A DNA stretch of 64,000 nt, taken from contig NW_026854867.1 in assembly GCF_026571515.1 (NCBI RefSeq), forward strand, positions 62,001-126,000. The letters run 5' to 3'. The notes under the pieces were generated by a model. The model had not been told where the DNA came from. It did not search any database and saw only the letters and a list, made by a program, of their open reading frames with translations. This DNA comes from Ruditapes philippinarum. Lineage: Eukaryota. Below are positions 13,536-26,860 of the stretch, in pieces. A program made the translations under genes and the position numbers. Each line of letters begins with the position of its first letter. The first letter of the stretch is position 1.

Positions 13536-15032
13536 CGACACATCTTTTTAATTGTTTGAAAATAATAATCATCATGATATTATTAAATCAAATAGAGAAA
13601 GAAGAAATTGCTAAAGAATGTCCAAAATTGCAACACTGAAAATCTTGCAGGCTCGGGTTGATTAAGCCTGTTTTTGGGAAGATACTGGAAAGTACATGCT
13701 ACCATACAAGTCAACGCCCCCTAGCACCGACTAAAGCAAAATTCATTAGTTGTGAATATTATACAAATCAAGACCATTCACGTGGTATTACATTCATTGA
13801 AAATTGAAGAACTACGAATATGGTATATTATTTATCTGTGTTTAGTAACGTTAAAAGATTATCTAGCATACACATATTAGTATTGTTAGATAATTTCTCA
13901 ATACAGTTATATGATGTCATCTGATCTAGAAACCTTATTATGACAACTCATATATTCAGGGGATCGAGCAATGATGGAACCATATGTTTGTGGTCTGATA
14001 TTGATCTCATTTCGTATGACAAAATATACAACTTTTGCAATATCAAATAGTATGTCAAATTTCCTTTATGAAGTATAATTTTAGTAATATAAAGACAAGC
14101 AAAAATCATTACAAACATTTAAATAAAAATGTATTTTAAATAATTTATTTTCGTGATTTTTTTCGGAGCGTCATGGAAAAACGAGAATATAATTATTTAG
14201 CGATGCATCTTTGAAGACTGAAAAAAGGCAGAACCCTTGGAGTGAGATAGGAAAAAAGACATTTGACACAAATATGTTGTGGTCGAAATCGAAGTCAACA
14301 GATATATTGAATATTAATCATGACTGAATATAAAGTTGTCTTAATATGTATTAAATTGTAATTTCATAAATAATTGTCGAGATGTCTCAGAAATCATTAC
14401 TTTTTTATTCATTACAAAGATCAAACATGTGCACAATTATGTGAAATGATAATGACTTTTGAGCATGTTAGATGAAGAAAGTAGCGATGAACGGGCAATA
14501 ATGCATAATAAAAGTAGAACAAATTATATATATATTTTAGTTTTATGTAAAAAAAACCCACACAATTATTCCAGAATGTTGATATTTGTACATTGTGTTT
14601 ATAATTAATATCTCCCTTTTGAGACACCTGCTTAAATGTGTTTTACATTTCTGAGATGTTAACCTTCCTTGTAGTATCATACTTGCAAAAACATATTATT
14701 TTGTTCGACATCTACTTGATTTTTGTTTTATTTATAAATATTTTTTACACAAAATATTTAAACCACTAGTCATTTATACTTTACAAATGTTTTTCTTTGG
14801 TTGCTCGATTTTGATCTCCAGAATAAATTCATGTCAAACATTTAGTCGTCTCCCAAAAAGTAGTATTATGTTTATTTCAATTACAGTAACACTACTTCAG
14901 TTTGCAATTTAAGTTTATTGATAATGAATAGCCTGTCACAAACTCATAGTCTTTGTTTCTGATAAAACAGTTAGTCAGTCATAGTGCACTTTATGCCATC
15001 AGTCAGTGTGCAATTTGTATCACTAGTCACAG

Positions 15033-15764
15033 TTAGTCAGTCATAGTGCAATTTGCGCCACTGGTCATTGTGCAGTTTGTACCACTAGTCATTGTGCAGT
15101 TTACACCACCATTCATTTCGCACTGTTCATCACTATTTTGCTCGTCAATGAAGATATAAAGTAATATGATTGCAAGAATCAAAGAAATTAAAACACAAAT
15201 CATCAAAAGGACAGAAAAAACACGGTATGTAGTGGTTATTTCTTTTTTCTGACAACAGGATCCTGCCACTTTAGATACGACTGAGAAGTTCTTTTTCACT
15301 GTAAGACTTAGAATTAACCCAGCAGTTCCAAACAAACCTGATAAAAAATCATTTAAAGTGTCTCGTATTAGGTCATGAAAAACGTTAGAGCCTTCTGGCT
15401 GTAGACAATCAAAGGAAAATATTATCAATATGAGAAGATCCAGGCATTGAAACAATGACAAGAAGAAGGTAATTATCAATGACAACGTGTCGCAGTCGTT
15501 TAATTTATCACTTCCAATGCGTAGACTTTTACCAACAAAGACATTTTCTGGGACAGCAAAAAGCATTTTTCCTATCACAAAAGCCATATAGATCCAGGAT
15601 AAACTTTAACGTCCGTGTCACATCTTTTGATTTCAGTTTTTTTCAATATTTTTCTGGTTTTGACGAAGTTCTGAAAAATTAAACCAGTCAAACACAATTC
15701 CAACAATCGTGAAAATAATTCCAAACACGTAAACTGATATAGCAATGATTCTTTTTAACTCCAT
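15033..15764 (-). pseudogene. Orphan 5-TM protein copy 1, with +1/-1 indels creating a short out-of-frame segment containing TGA
   Basis: Colinear 732-bp paralogue of 23638-24369; ATG at 15764; extra T in the run at ~15637-15643 and missing G at ~15598; downstream 184-aa ORF intact. Confidence 0.75.
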
Positions 15765-16369
15765 TATCTAATATATATAAACATGAAATTTAACCGTACT
15801 TATTCAGCGATGTTATTATTCACCTGCGAAGAGTTATGTGCAAATAACCTTGAATATCCTACTAGGTGGTAATATACTACATGTATACTTGTGTATTTCT
15901 ACTGTTTAACACCAGGCTTTGCAAAGCATATTCACGAACTAGGTTATTTATAAATTGCGGAGAAAAAGACTTTGTGGCTGGAGTGAAATGTCATGGGAAC
16001 GTAGGACATTTATTAAGGTCGTTTCCTACTCTCATTTGGTAAGAGCATAGAAAATTACAGTAATTACAGTACAAAAATTACAGTAATTACAGTACAGACA
16101 AAAATAAATAACCAAATTCTACAGTATTCACATGCAAAAAATCAAGATAAGGTATTAACAGTTAACCACTAAGAAAATGCAAATATGATTCCATTAAACA
16201 AAAGCGGTTTAACTTTTAAAGTGTAATTTTCTCGTTGATATATATACATTGTATCGAAATCTTTGTTAGAACTTAAAAATATATTATTTACATGATTATA
16301 TGTTCTGTTTATAGAAATTATTGAATCGCAGGTATATATCATAAATAATAACTCCCGTTAAAGAAAACA

Positions 16370-16528
16370 GAGTACATAGATAAAATTATCTTGATCTGTT
16401 ATATAAATTACATTGCAGCAATTAATTTCGACAATATTTCTGGGATAGCAAAAAATCTTTTTCAATCACAAGCCATATCAATCCAGAGATGAACTTAAAC
16501 GCAAGTGCTACATCATTTCAATGTTTGT
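16370..16528 (-). pseudogene. Third, more diverged fragment of the orphan 5-TM gene, truncated by the assembly gap
   Basis: atttctgggatagcaaaaaatcttttcaatcacaagccatatcaatccagagatgaacttaaacg aligns with atttctgggacagcagaaagcatttttcctattacaaaagccatatagatccagggataaactttaacg (~24150-24218). Confidence 0.55.
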
Positions 16529-16667
16529 NNNNNNNNNNNNNNNNNNNNNNNNNNNNNNNNNNNNNNNNNNNNNNNNNNNNNNNNNNNNNNNNNNNNNNNN
16601 NNNNNNNNNNNNNNNNNNNNNNNNNNNNNNNNNNNNNNNNNNNNNNNNNNNNNNNNNNNNNNNNNNN
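16529..16667. other. Assembly gap (139 N)
   Basis: Run of N. Confidence 1.
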
Positions 16668-18457
16668 AAAGAAAATCACCAACATGCCAAAAAGCTACAT
16701 ATTGAAAATATTATTTTTTATCATTACATATGCGATCCTTCTAGAAGTATAGCTTGTGATTTTCTTGCTATGAAATGGCTACTTATATGTCAAAGAGATC
16801 CAATCAAACCGAGCCTGAACACTTTTCAATGATTGACATTTAGGGTGAGCCTTTACGTTACCCTTTTTGTCTATTTCAAATATAAACCTATTGATATAAT
16901 TTGCATGGGGGTACTTAGACTTAGTCACGTGATGAATTTTTTACTTTGCGCAATTCAAAGAAGTAAAACAACGTGTAGGCAATTATTAAAAGTTGAACAG
17001 ATATAATAATTATAAACTATAATTTAGACCGATAAAGATTCATATTTATTGTGATGCACTTTCGATTGTAAATATACCACCTCCTCAAATACCATAGAAC
17101 GTCATGTGTTAACTGAAAAAGGCTATAGCAAAAATTATACGGACAAGGTTCACTTCTACGGTCCCTAAAAACATGAATATACACTTTGAGTAACTGGGTA
17201 GATTATTTGCGCAGAATCTTAGGTGTTGCATATCTTTCAAAGGCCGTTATTCGTGCGCATGGATGGGTGGGTGTCGGTACAGTGGATTAATTCATAAAAA
17301 AGATAGATGCAAACAGTTGTTTTCGTATATCCTTTATCATTCTGAGTAAAAGGTTTATGGCTTGTGTAAATTGTTTGAAATCTCTTGTTGTCGTGCTTTC
17401 AACTAGACCTTGAGCTGTCTCAATTTGAGGTATATATTCTTTCGAAGGAATATCTCGCAATTTGATTTTGATATCCTAGTATCTATTATAAGAAGATATG
17501 CATCACTTCGGAGTTCAATAGAAATTGACCATAAGATGTTGTATTTTTGTTGTTTGTTTATTCTGAGTCGCATCAATTTGGAGTCGTTTAAATATATTGA
17601 AAAAGTTAGTATGATAGCCATGTTTTTATGCATTACAAAATACCATGATAATACATTAAGATAGAATGATAGCTAAAACGGAAAAATTGAAAATGTTGAA
17701 GGTTCTGTTTTGTTGAGCCTGTTCATCGGAGGTAGTTGTAATGCAAACAAACTATTACTCCACCGAACACCAGCTTAAGAAGAATTCAATATCTAAATAC
17801 GATGTTGTGAAACTGTGAATTTAGAAACATCCGCAGATGTATAACGAGGTGTACACAAAAACAAGAATAAAGATCAACAAAGCAAAGGCAACGTTCACAG
17901 GACGCAGCAAACCTTCCATGTGTCACGTTAGCGCCATTCCATGGTTACCAAGTATAAGAATGCGTGTGCTCTAAACGAGAAAAGGAGGAAGCAATTTGCG
18001 AAACAGATTGCACTTGAATTTATAAAGGAAATCTGAGGTTATCAAGTCTTTGATTTTTTTTGTTCTGTGCTCATGTAGTCAATGGTTTTTGCTCAAATTC
18101 CCACATAAGTTCTTCCCATTATGTTGACTCCTATAATTTGCGCCTTTGGTTATCTCATGTCTTTTGTTGTTTGCGGTTATGAATTAGCAAGCCCGCTGTA
18201 TGAACACCTATAATCAACGACATAAAGCAAGAAGAGGTATATCCTTGTTTAGATAAAACCTACTAGCTCAATCACTGTGAAACTTCCACCCAGACCATCT
18301 TTCTCTTCACTTAACATGTAAAGGCATTTAAATGGTTCCCCAGTGGATCACGCTTAAAATTTACATTTTTGTGCCAGTTCGTGAAAAGCAGCGTTTGGCT
18401 TGAGTGGGACCTGAGATTGTAGTTACAATAACCCTTAATAGAGCGCATAAACTCTAC

Positions 18458-20233
18458 CGGCGATTGGCCCTCCAATGAGATTGCCGGTTGCTTTGAAAGG
18501 CAAGGACATCCCAATTCCGTCTGTGAATCTTTTAAATTCAACGATATCGTGAATAACGGCATTGATCAATGCACCGGCTACACTGAAGAAAAACCCGACA
18601 CATCTCGGTAAAACAAGTATACCGGTTCTTCTCAGGCACATCGGAGTAAAATCTTCCTGTTATTGCAAGTGATAAACAAGTAGTATATACAAATGCTTCA
18701 TTAACTTGTCGATGGTGACCTAAGAAACTATAGAAAAATTTACCAACGAAATTTATATTCCATAATTCATAAGTAATAGTCCAATTTCATTTTGTCGAGA
18801 CCTACCTCTTTAGCGTAGGAATGTTTATGTAATATATAAACTCCCTGGGTGAAGCTCATGAGAACATTACCTGCACAAAGAAAACCAAACGATGACTTTC
18901 TTAAAATGGAAATATTAATGCAATTCCTTTCGGATGTTTTCTTATAATTTACTTTTATATCATTTCCGGATTGTATTGGAAACATTACCATTGCATAGCG
19001 CTTAAATTTAACGTAATTCCGCTTAGAAAAAGTAACATCTCCTTCCAGCCGAAGTGTTCATCCAAAGAAGAAATCAAATCAGCAAATATCACAAGACCGA
19101 GATTGTGACCAACTGATGCAATACCAGCAGCTAAAGTCTTGTTTTTGCCAAAGTAGGTTTTCAAAGCAGACATGCAACAATTAAAATTTACTCCTAGGCC
19201 AAAACCTGAAAGCAGTACATAAATAAGAAAGTGCATTTATTTACATGAATGATTGCAGATTTTAAAATAAACAGAATCAGCATGTAAGTATTTTTTAAGT
19301 AGTCCTCTTATTACAAATCTAATAGACGAATTGAATCACTTGTGTTCGTTTACAAATGACCGCGGCCCAATATATACAAAATGTGCCAATTGACTTATTT
19401 ACCAATGAATATAATCAGTAAATAAATGTCCTTACGTTTCTTTAAACTGCAAGTAGCAAATAATGGACACTAATACTTTAAAGAAGAAAAAATATTACCT
19501 GTGAGAAAAACATATGAGAAGAAAACTTATGTTAGTGTGAAAATCATCTACATTTTGAAAAATATTTTTCGTGTGTTAAACAATTTTTATTATAATTATC
19601 ATAACATTCCACATGGAACACATAGGTATTTCATTAATTTTAAATTATTTTACCTTTCTATGCTTTTAAAAATATAAAAGTTTGTAGTTCAGCTCAAACT
19701 GTTGGAAATCCTTTTCATTTACCGTTATAAAACTGTATCTTTATGTAAAATTAATTCAATTAATCCAAGAGAACTTTTTCAAATGTAAATAGATGTTTTG
19801 CACGAGTATTTAGATAAATGAGAAAGCAAAGAAAATACATTGCAACAGCAACATTTCCTTTTTTGAAAATTGGAGAAAAAAAACCAACAAAAAATTAAAA
19901 CATTAATAAAAATAAAATAAAGAAATAAATAAATAAACTACAACAACAACAACAAATAATAACCTAAACAAAAACTGGAGATAAGATTGGAAAAGATAGT
20001 AAAATCAAAGCAAAGCAAAGCAAAAGCAAAAATAACTCACATGAAATAAACCACATAGTGATAGGAAATGAACAAAACCACGCTGTTTTCACGGGTTTTT
20101 CGTCGAAGGCATTCGTGAATTCTATATAAAATATTCCATCTGATAAGCAAATCCCTCCAAGAACGACCTGACAACAAATCACATATACCAATACCAGCCA
20201 ACTCCATCCGCTATCCCGTTTGATAATTGTCAG
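18458..20233 (-). pseudogene. Monocarboxylate transporter (SLC16) pseudogene copy B
   Basis: Exon 1 20233-20041 (193 nt, start reads CTG), exon 2 reduced to ~19535-19499 by a ~175-bp deletion that removes its acceptor, exon 3 19205-18458 with frameshifts (ORFs 18985-19236, 18767-18991, 18435-18641); exon 4 not found. Confidence 0.85.
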
Positions 20234-22469
20234 TGTTTCTCATTGTAGTTATATTAAAGTATATCAATATTAAGCACAAAGTTCAATAACGGTTACCGTT
20301 TTATATATATTTTAATTTATTTATACAACTTTAGGATAATATAGTTATGTTAATGTTAGGAAAGTTACGTGATCTTACATTGAATTCATCTTATGACAGG
20401 TGTTATCTTTAAATGTGTCAACAATTTATGTAATTGAACCCAAAGTACTTTTATGGTCTGTCTACTAATCGAGTTTTCTCAATAAACAATGGTATCAGTT
20501 TAGCACGAAACCTCAATTAGGTATATATTCGTACACACGCATGCTTAGATAATATAAAATGTATCTACACATGAGTTTTTAGACAAATCTTTCCTTCTCA
20601 AGTAGGGTGGTATGTTCTTATTCAGTGCTTATATACCATGTTGTACCACATTGTCAATCTTCATACGCGACAATACAAATAGACAAACATTTTTATTTTT
20701 GTCCTTGAACAAACAACGCATGCGTGTTCACCGTTTGTACCTTTGTGATTTTTTGAAACAAGTTTAAGTAATGAACATACATTACATGAAATTTGACAGG
20801 AATCAAATGTTTTAAATTGCCATATGATTTGAATGATTGCATTTGTACAAAAATAATCCCGTATAGGGTATCACTAGGACTGCAAAAGAGGACTATCTAA
20901 TCAGTAATGTATTTTTTTAATATTAATGCGATTGGATTCGAATTGTAATACATGTATATAGGTTCATTGAATACTGGTCAATGATCGATATCAGGTACGT
21001 AAAACACTGTGTAAAATTTTTTAATTGATATAGCTTAATGCGCAGATATCGGTTATTCATCTATTGCAGCGGTTGATCCCTTATTATCATTTTGATAATA
21101 TTTGGTTTTCAAGATCAAATTTGGTCATTGATTTCTGTTCTTTTGATCTGCCCTCTTATGTTATAGTGTTTATTTAATTACCTAGAGTATTTGGGTCATT
21201 TTTGGCCACAATTTAGTATATTCATGCCCTCTTCCAAAATATATTTTGGAAAAAATATCCCCTAAAAACAATGAATCGGAAACTTTAGTTTATTATCATC
21301 AACGAAATTACTTCTGTTTGTGTAACACCATATTTCCCTTTTAAAGTATCCGTCAACATTTGCATACAGAAAAAAACCCACACTAGGATCATGAAAATTC
21401 TTAATCATCATAACTCTAGTAAGATCTAAAGAACATTTAATTTAGTGTCTGTGACATTTTACGTTCAAAAGATATCACAGGAGGCTCTTGCCAATTTACT
21501 ATTTTGACATCTCAAGACTTATGAGGCTCGGGCACAACGTACTATGTTTTAAAATAAAAGAGAAAAAGCGAATCCCCAAACCAGCGAAAAAGAAAATGTT
21601 GCAGGCTTGGTTTGACTGAGTCTGTTCATGGACGGTACTGGAAATATCAAGCTATCGCCCAAGCCACTACACAGGTAGACTGTCAGTAAAACTGGATTTT
21701 TGTCTACATTATTAAGATTACACAAAAGAATTTCCGTTAAGAAAAACAATTTAATATCAACATTCATAAATAGTTGTCATATCCATTTATTCACATTAAA
21801 TATCGATGTCAAATTATTTGAGTAATTATGGAAACTATGTTCCGTGAACGTTGATGTCACTTGATGATTCATATTCATCTATTATGAAATATAGAGATAT
21901 ACGTCCAGATGTCCGACATCCTGTAGGAACTCTAAATTCTAAAGAAGTAGCGTTATTTTTACAGCAATGAAAATGACGCATAATTTATCAGTACCTATGT
22001 AACACACGTTTGTCCACATTGTCCAAGGAGATCGTATTTTTTAAGCAACGGATATAGAAATATTATTCCATCCGGTTAGAAATAACTGCTTCTTCTATGT
22101 GCACCGCGTAAAACACCATTACACATACAACACGTAAAACACAATTACACATGCAACATACACAACACTATCTATTTAATTAACGGTATTTTTTTGTTTT
22201 TGTTCTTCACAGATTCTGACGTATACATTAAAGATCCTGTATGTTGTTGTTATTAAGGATAAAACCACACTTAAGTGAAATTTTATATATGTATATACTT
22301 AATTATTCCTCTAAAAACAATTTCCAAACATCCGAGAATAATTATGTAAAATATGTACTGCAAATGTTTATACGCATTATAAGTAATCAGTAAAATATAT
22401 GCATTTCTCATTGAAAAAATTGGCTATGACTTTATCACAACTTATCCAAAAAAGGATTTCAAAATATGC

Positions 22470-22775
22470 AAAGAGTCCTTACTACGTTAGTTACCCATTG
22501 GGTTCTTGTTTCGGGGAGACGCTTTTTTTTTTACTTGGGGACCATAAGCTGCTTTTCATGGAATGGCACTTACGTGTCTCATTGAAGGTTCCATGAAAAC
22601 CGCCATATGAACACATCTGCGGATGTTTCAAAAGTGTACCAGTTCATGTTAAATGTTGAATTCTGCTTAAGCCGGTGCTAGGGGCGTGGACGGTAGTTTG
22701 CACTTGACAATAACGTCCACGAACAGGCTCAATCAAACCGAGCCAGCAACATTTTCAGTTTTGCCGTGGGAATTG
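22470..22775 (-). repeat. Dispersed hairpin-rich repeat family
   Basis: Consensus gcaggctcggtttgattgagcctgttcatggacggta...taccgtccacgccccctagcaccggct; other copies at ~13645-13745, 17695-17990, 21590-21670, 56330-56420, 56585-56700, 61565-61890, 62190-62320 in both orientations. Confidence 0.75.
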
Positions 22776-23637
22776 TTATTTTCTCTTTTTTACGCAGTAG
22801 AAATATGGAAAATCAGTACTTTAATTGCACATAACCGTACATCGTAAAGGTCCTGTATGTTTCGGTGTTATTATGTATCAAATAAACAATTTTTACTGAA
22901 AACATATATTCATTTTAGTTTGTTTTAGAAACACAATTATTCCAGGATGTTTGTATACCATTAATATCCCCTTTATGAGACACCTGCTTTATTTTTTCTT
23001 TCTTGTAGTATCATATGTTTCCTGTCATATCATATTACGTCATCAAATTGATTTTTAGTTTTATTCATAATACATGTCTTTTGTTAAAATCATTTCCTGT
23101 CTGGTTCAAATCCTTATGTCTTTATCTCGGCATTTCGTTATCTCGACATTTGTTGAAGATCTCTACGACTAAAAGAGATAACGAAAGTTTTCTGTAACTT
23201 CCATCGATAATTGACATGTCTTTGTCTGGTCCAAATTAAACATCTTCAATAACAAACTGTTATATTAATTTACTTCCACATTGTTTATATTTTTATTAAA
23301 TTAGATATTGATTGTAACAAAGTACACTGTTGATTATATTGAAATGTTCCAAATCTTCATCGTAAATGGCTTTCGTCAATAGCATTGTTACAGCAACCGA
23401 CATTTAAACATTAAACATCTATACAATATTGTAAACCACTAGTAATTTATACTTCACAGATACTCGATTATGATTTCCGGAATGAATACATGCCAAACAT
23501 TAAGTTGTCTCCGAAGAAGTAGTATTATGTTTATTACAACTACAGTAACATTACTTCAGTTTGCAGTTTAAGTTTATTGATAATGAATATATCCTTAGAG
23601 CCCGTCACAAACTCAGTGTTTGTGTCTGGTAAAACAG

Positions 23638-24369
23638 TTAGTCAGTCACAGTGCAATTTGCGCCACTGGTCATTGTGCAGTTTGCGTCACTAGTCATTGT
23701 GCAGTTTACACCACCATTCATTGTGCACTGTTCATCACTTTTATTTGTCTCAGTGAAGTTATAAAGTAATAGGATTGCAAGAATCAAACAGATTAAAACA
23801 CAAATCATCAAAAGGACAGAGAAAACAAGGACTGTAGTGGAAATTTCATTTTTCCGACAACAGGATCTTGCCACTTTAAATAGGGCTGAGATGTTCTTCT
23901 TTACTGTAAGACTAAAAATTAACCCAAAAGTTCCAAACACACCTGATAAAAGATCATTCAAAGTATCCCTTATCAAGTCATGAAAAACATTAGACCCTTC
24001 AGGCTGTCGACAATCAAAGGAAAATATAACCAGTATGAGAAGATCCAGGCATTGAAATAATGACAAGAAGAAGGCTGTTATTAATGACAACGTGTCGTAA
24101 ACGATCAGTTTATTACTGTTGATGTAAAGACTTATACCACTAAAAACAATTTCTGGGACAGCAGAAAGCATTTTTCCTATTACAAAAGCCATATAGATCC
24201 AGGGATAAACTTTAACGTCAGTGTCACAACTTTCGATTTCAGTTTTCTCAATGTTTTGCTGGTTTCGCCGAAGTTCTGAAAAATTAAACCAGTCAAACAC
24301 TATTCCAACAATCGTGAAAATAATTCCAATCATGTAAACCACTATATATAACATTCTTTTTAACTCCAT
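23638..24369 (-). CDS. Intronless orphan multi-pass membrane protein (5 predicted TM) with C-terminal NCT[MV]TSxA repeats
   Basis: Intact 243-aa ORF, longest in window; five hydrophobic segments; tail with 5 N-X-S/T sequons; conserved paralogue at 15033-15764. Confidence 0.8.
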   Translation of the reverse strand: MELKRMLYIVVYMIGIIFTIVGIVFDWFNFSELRRNQQNIEKTEIESCDTDVKVYPWIYMAFVIGKMLSAVPEIVFSGISLYINSNKLIVYDTLSLITAFFLSLFQCLDLLILVIFSFDCRQPEGSNVFHDLIRDTLNDLLSGVFGTFGLIFSLTVKKNISALFKVARSCCRKNEISTTVLVFSVLLMICVLICLILAILLLYNFTETNKSDEQCTMNGGVNCTMTSDANCTMTSGANCTVTD

Positions 24370-24907
24370 TATTTAATATTTAAACATGGAATTCAACAGA
24401 TACGAGAAGCGTATACAACGTTTGTGCAAATTCAGCAATGTGATTATTCAAATGAAAAGAGTTGTTATTTTAAAGCTTTATGTCTTTTATTCGTAAAGAA
24501 TGGAAATATAATGGTTTGTAAATAACCTTGAATTATAATACACTAGGTGTTAATATAGTTTAAATTTATTCTTATGTTTAAGACCAGGATTTTTAAAGCA
24601 TTGACGATGAAGGATATTTGTTACATTATTTTGTAAGAGCGTAGAAAATTGCAGTAATTAAAGTACAGACAAAAAATAAATATCCAAATACTACAAAAGT
24701 CACATACAAAGAAAAGAAACCAGATAAGTTATACACAGTAAACCACAAGGAAATGCAAGTATGATTCAATAAAACAAAGTGGTTTTAACTTGTAAGTGCA
24801 TTTTTTGTTGATATTTATTATCATAATCTTTGATTGAACTGTAACATGTCGAGCTTCTGTCTAATAATTCAGGTAGCGTTTGAACCCTATGCAGTAATAG
24901 CTTTGCT

Positions 24908-25945
24908 ATATAGAGGATATTGTATGGGTGAAGGTTTTATACTAAAATTATTGAACGAGTTGAATAAAATCATATAATGCAGCCTCTGGCAAGCATAATC
25001 TTGTTTTATTCAACGAGTTCAATAAATTTAGTATTGAATATAAACGAATATAATATTCTATTTATCACATAATATAAATAAGAGTGGTAAACTGTTAAAA
25101 GAGTCATTTTTATTTGTTTGGGTTGTCAGACCAAACAAATAATGGTAGCGAAATTACAGACTCTGATGCTGTTAATTGCAAATGCCGAAAATAGTCCGCT
25201 TTTTTGAAGCAGTTACTTCCCTTTATATGTACACTTACGCCAAAAAAGTCAGGGGAGATCACTGCGTAAAGATGGTCAAATGACAGGAGCATTAATTTTT
25301 AAGCAAAATAGTTCCCGAATGGTCGAAGAATTCTAATATTATTTTATTCTTTATAGATATAGATGCTTATAGTAAGGATCCATGATTATTTATATCTGTA
25401 TTAAACAACAGTTAGCGTCGAAACATTAAGGGTTACAAACCCTATTTTAGAATAATATGGTTTTCGTAAGGTCGGTTACATACAACATCACCGTGGCCGA
25501 GAGGTTTGCGCTCTCGCTTAGGAAGCGAGAGGTCTGGAGTTCAAATCCCAGTCGAAGGAACTCATTTTTTTTTCAAATTGTTTAAGTAAAATAAACATTG
25601 AATTGAATATAAGTGTTGCAATTAGTCCTGTAGCCAATTTACTACAATTAAAACGCTGGAAAGCATTGGTGGTACTATACAGAAACAAATTGGTTTGTAA
25701 TCTCACAATCTTCACCTTTCTGACATTCTGAGACCCAAACAAATTCAGCGCCTTCTGCGCTTTGATTTATTGACGCGCCTATAGTGTTACGCTAACATTA
25801 GCGTGCTTTAACGCTATGTTTATATACGAGTATAACGCAAATGACGTCACGTCAAAGTGTTATAACACTGGCGTAATATCGTTTGGATTAAATGGCTTTA
25901 TGACACTCCCGCGCCGCGGTTTATGTGATAATATACTTTATATAA
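24908..25945. mobile_element. Probable non-autonomous element with subterminal inverted repeat (Crypton-like) carrying a tRNA-like segment
   Basis: ttattgaacgagttgaataaaa ... ttttattcaacgagttcaataa inverted pair (~24948-25025); right end 25781-25935 has an inverted homologue at ~3065-3210; tatagaggatatt also begins a repeat at ~3501; superfamily is inference. Confidence 0.4.
25486..25558 (+). pseudogene. tRNA-Pro(AGG)-like pseudo-tRNA / SINE head
   Basis: A box tggccgagagg (25494), anticodon arm ctcgc-ttAGGaa-gcgag, B box gttcaaatcc (25539); acceptor stem does not pair. Confidence 0.6.
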
Positions 25946-26860
25946 TGTTTTCCATATTGGCTACTTTGCCTTATGATGAGTATAAATGATTCTCAAATGG
26001 TTTAAATAAAAGAAATATTGTATAATCAATATAACACAAACAGTTTACTTTAACTAGTAAAACTCAACATAGAAGAAGTACTATAACATTCATATGGTTG
26101 GCCTATTTTCAATGATTTTTTGTTAATTTATACATTAACCTATAGGAATCACTATATATTATATATTATATGGTAAGACAAATATACACAGCTCTCCACT
26201 AATCGCACAACTAAAATATAACTAAGATCAAACACTGAACACAAAGACCAATGCTTTAATGTTATGCAATGCTCTGAATCTCTTGGACATTTATATGTAT
26301 TTGTATTTTTGGCACAAAGTCCCAAGTATTATATTAGTTAGCTGATAATTATGACATATTATATATGTGTCTCACCTTCCTCTTAGATGTCTCTACAACA
26401 ACTCCTCAAAATCTATATGTATATAGTCTATGTTTAATGAGGGTCCATCCGCCCGTTAAGGTACAAAAAGCAGCTTTCGCTGCCGAGTACGGACCTCACA
26501 CATGTTATCAGTCATGCCCTTAAAGAGTTTATTTTAAAGCACAAAGGGGTGATAATTTACCTCCATGCAATTTACACGGAATATTAGCCTCATATATTAA
26601 TATATTAAACTTAAAGTAGGTCAATGTAGCAGAAATATTGCTAGTAGAGGTTAACTTCTTCTGCCCGATGAAATTTGTTAATGATACAAAAAAGTGAGCG
26701 TGTCACAGATACTAAGTTGAGCTAATAAAACACACACGCACGCACGCACGCACGCACGCAAGAAAAACAAAAACCAACAAAAATATATTTTCTCTTCCGT
26801 TTAGAATCGTTTTTGGGGAGGCTATGCCGACCCAATGTTAATAACTGTCTGTCAAATCTT

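Noticed and set aside
16489-16832. Three ORFs spanning X residues
   Set aside because: Artefacts of the N gap
25486-25558. Functional tRNA-Pro gene
   Set aside because: Acceptor stem cannot pair and D arm is degenerate
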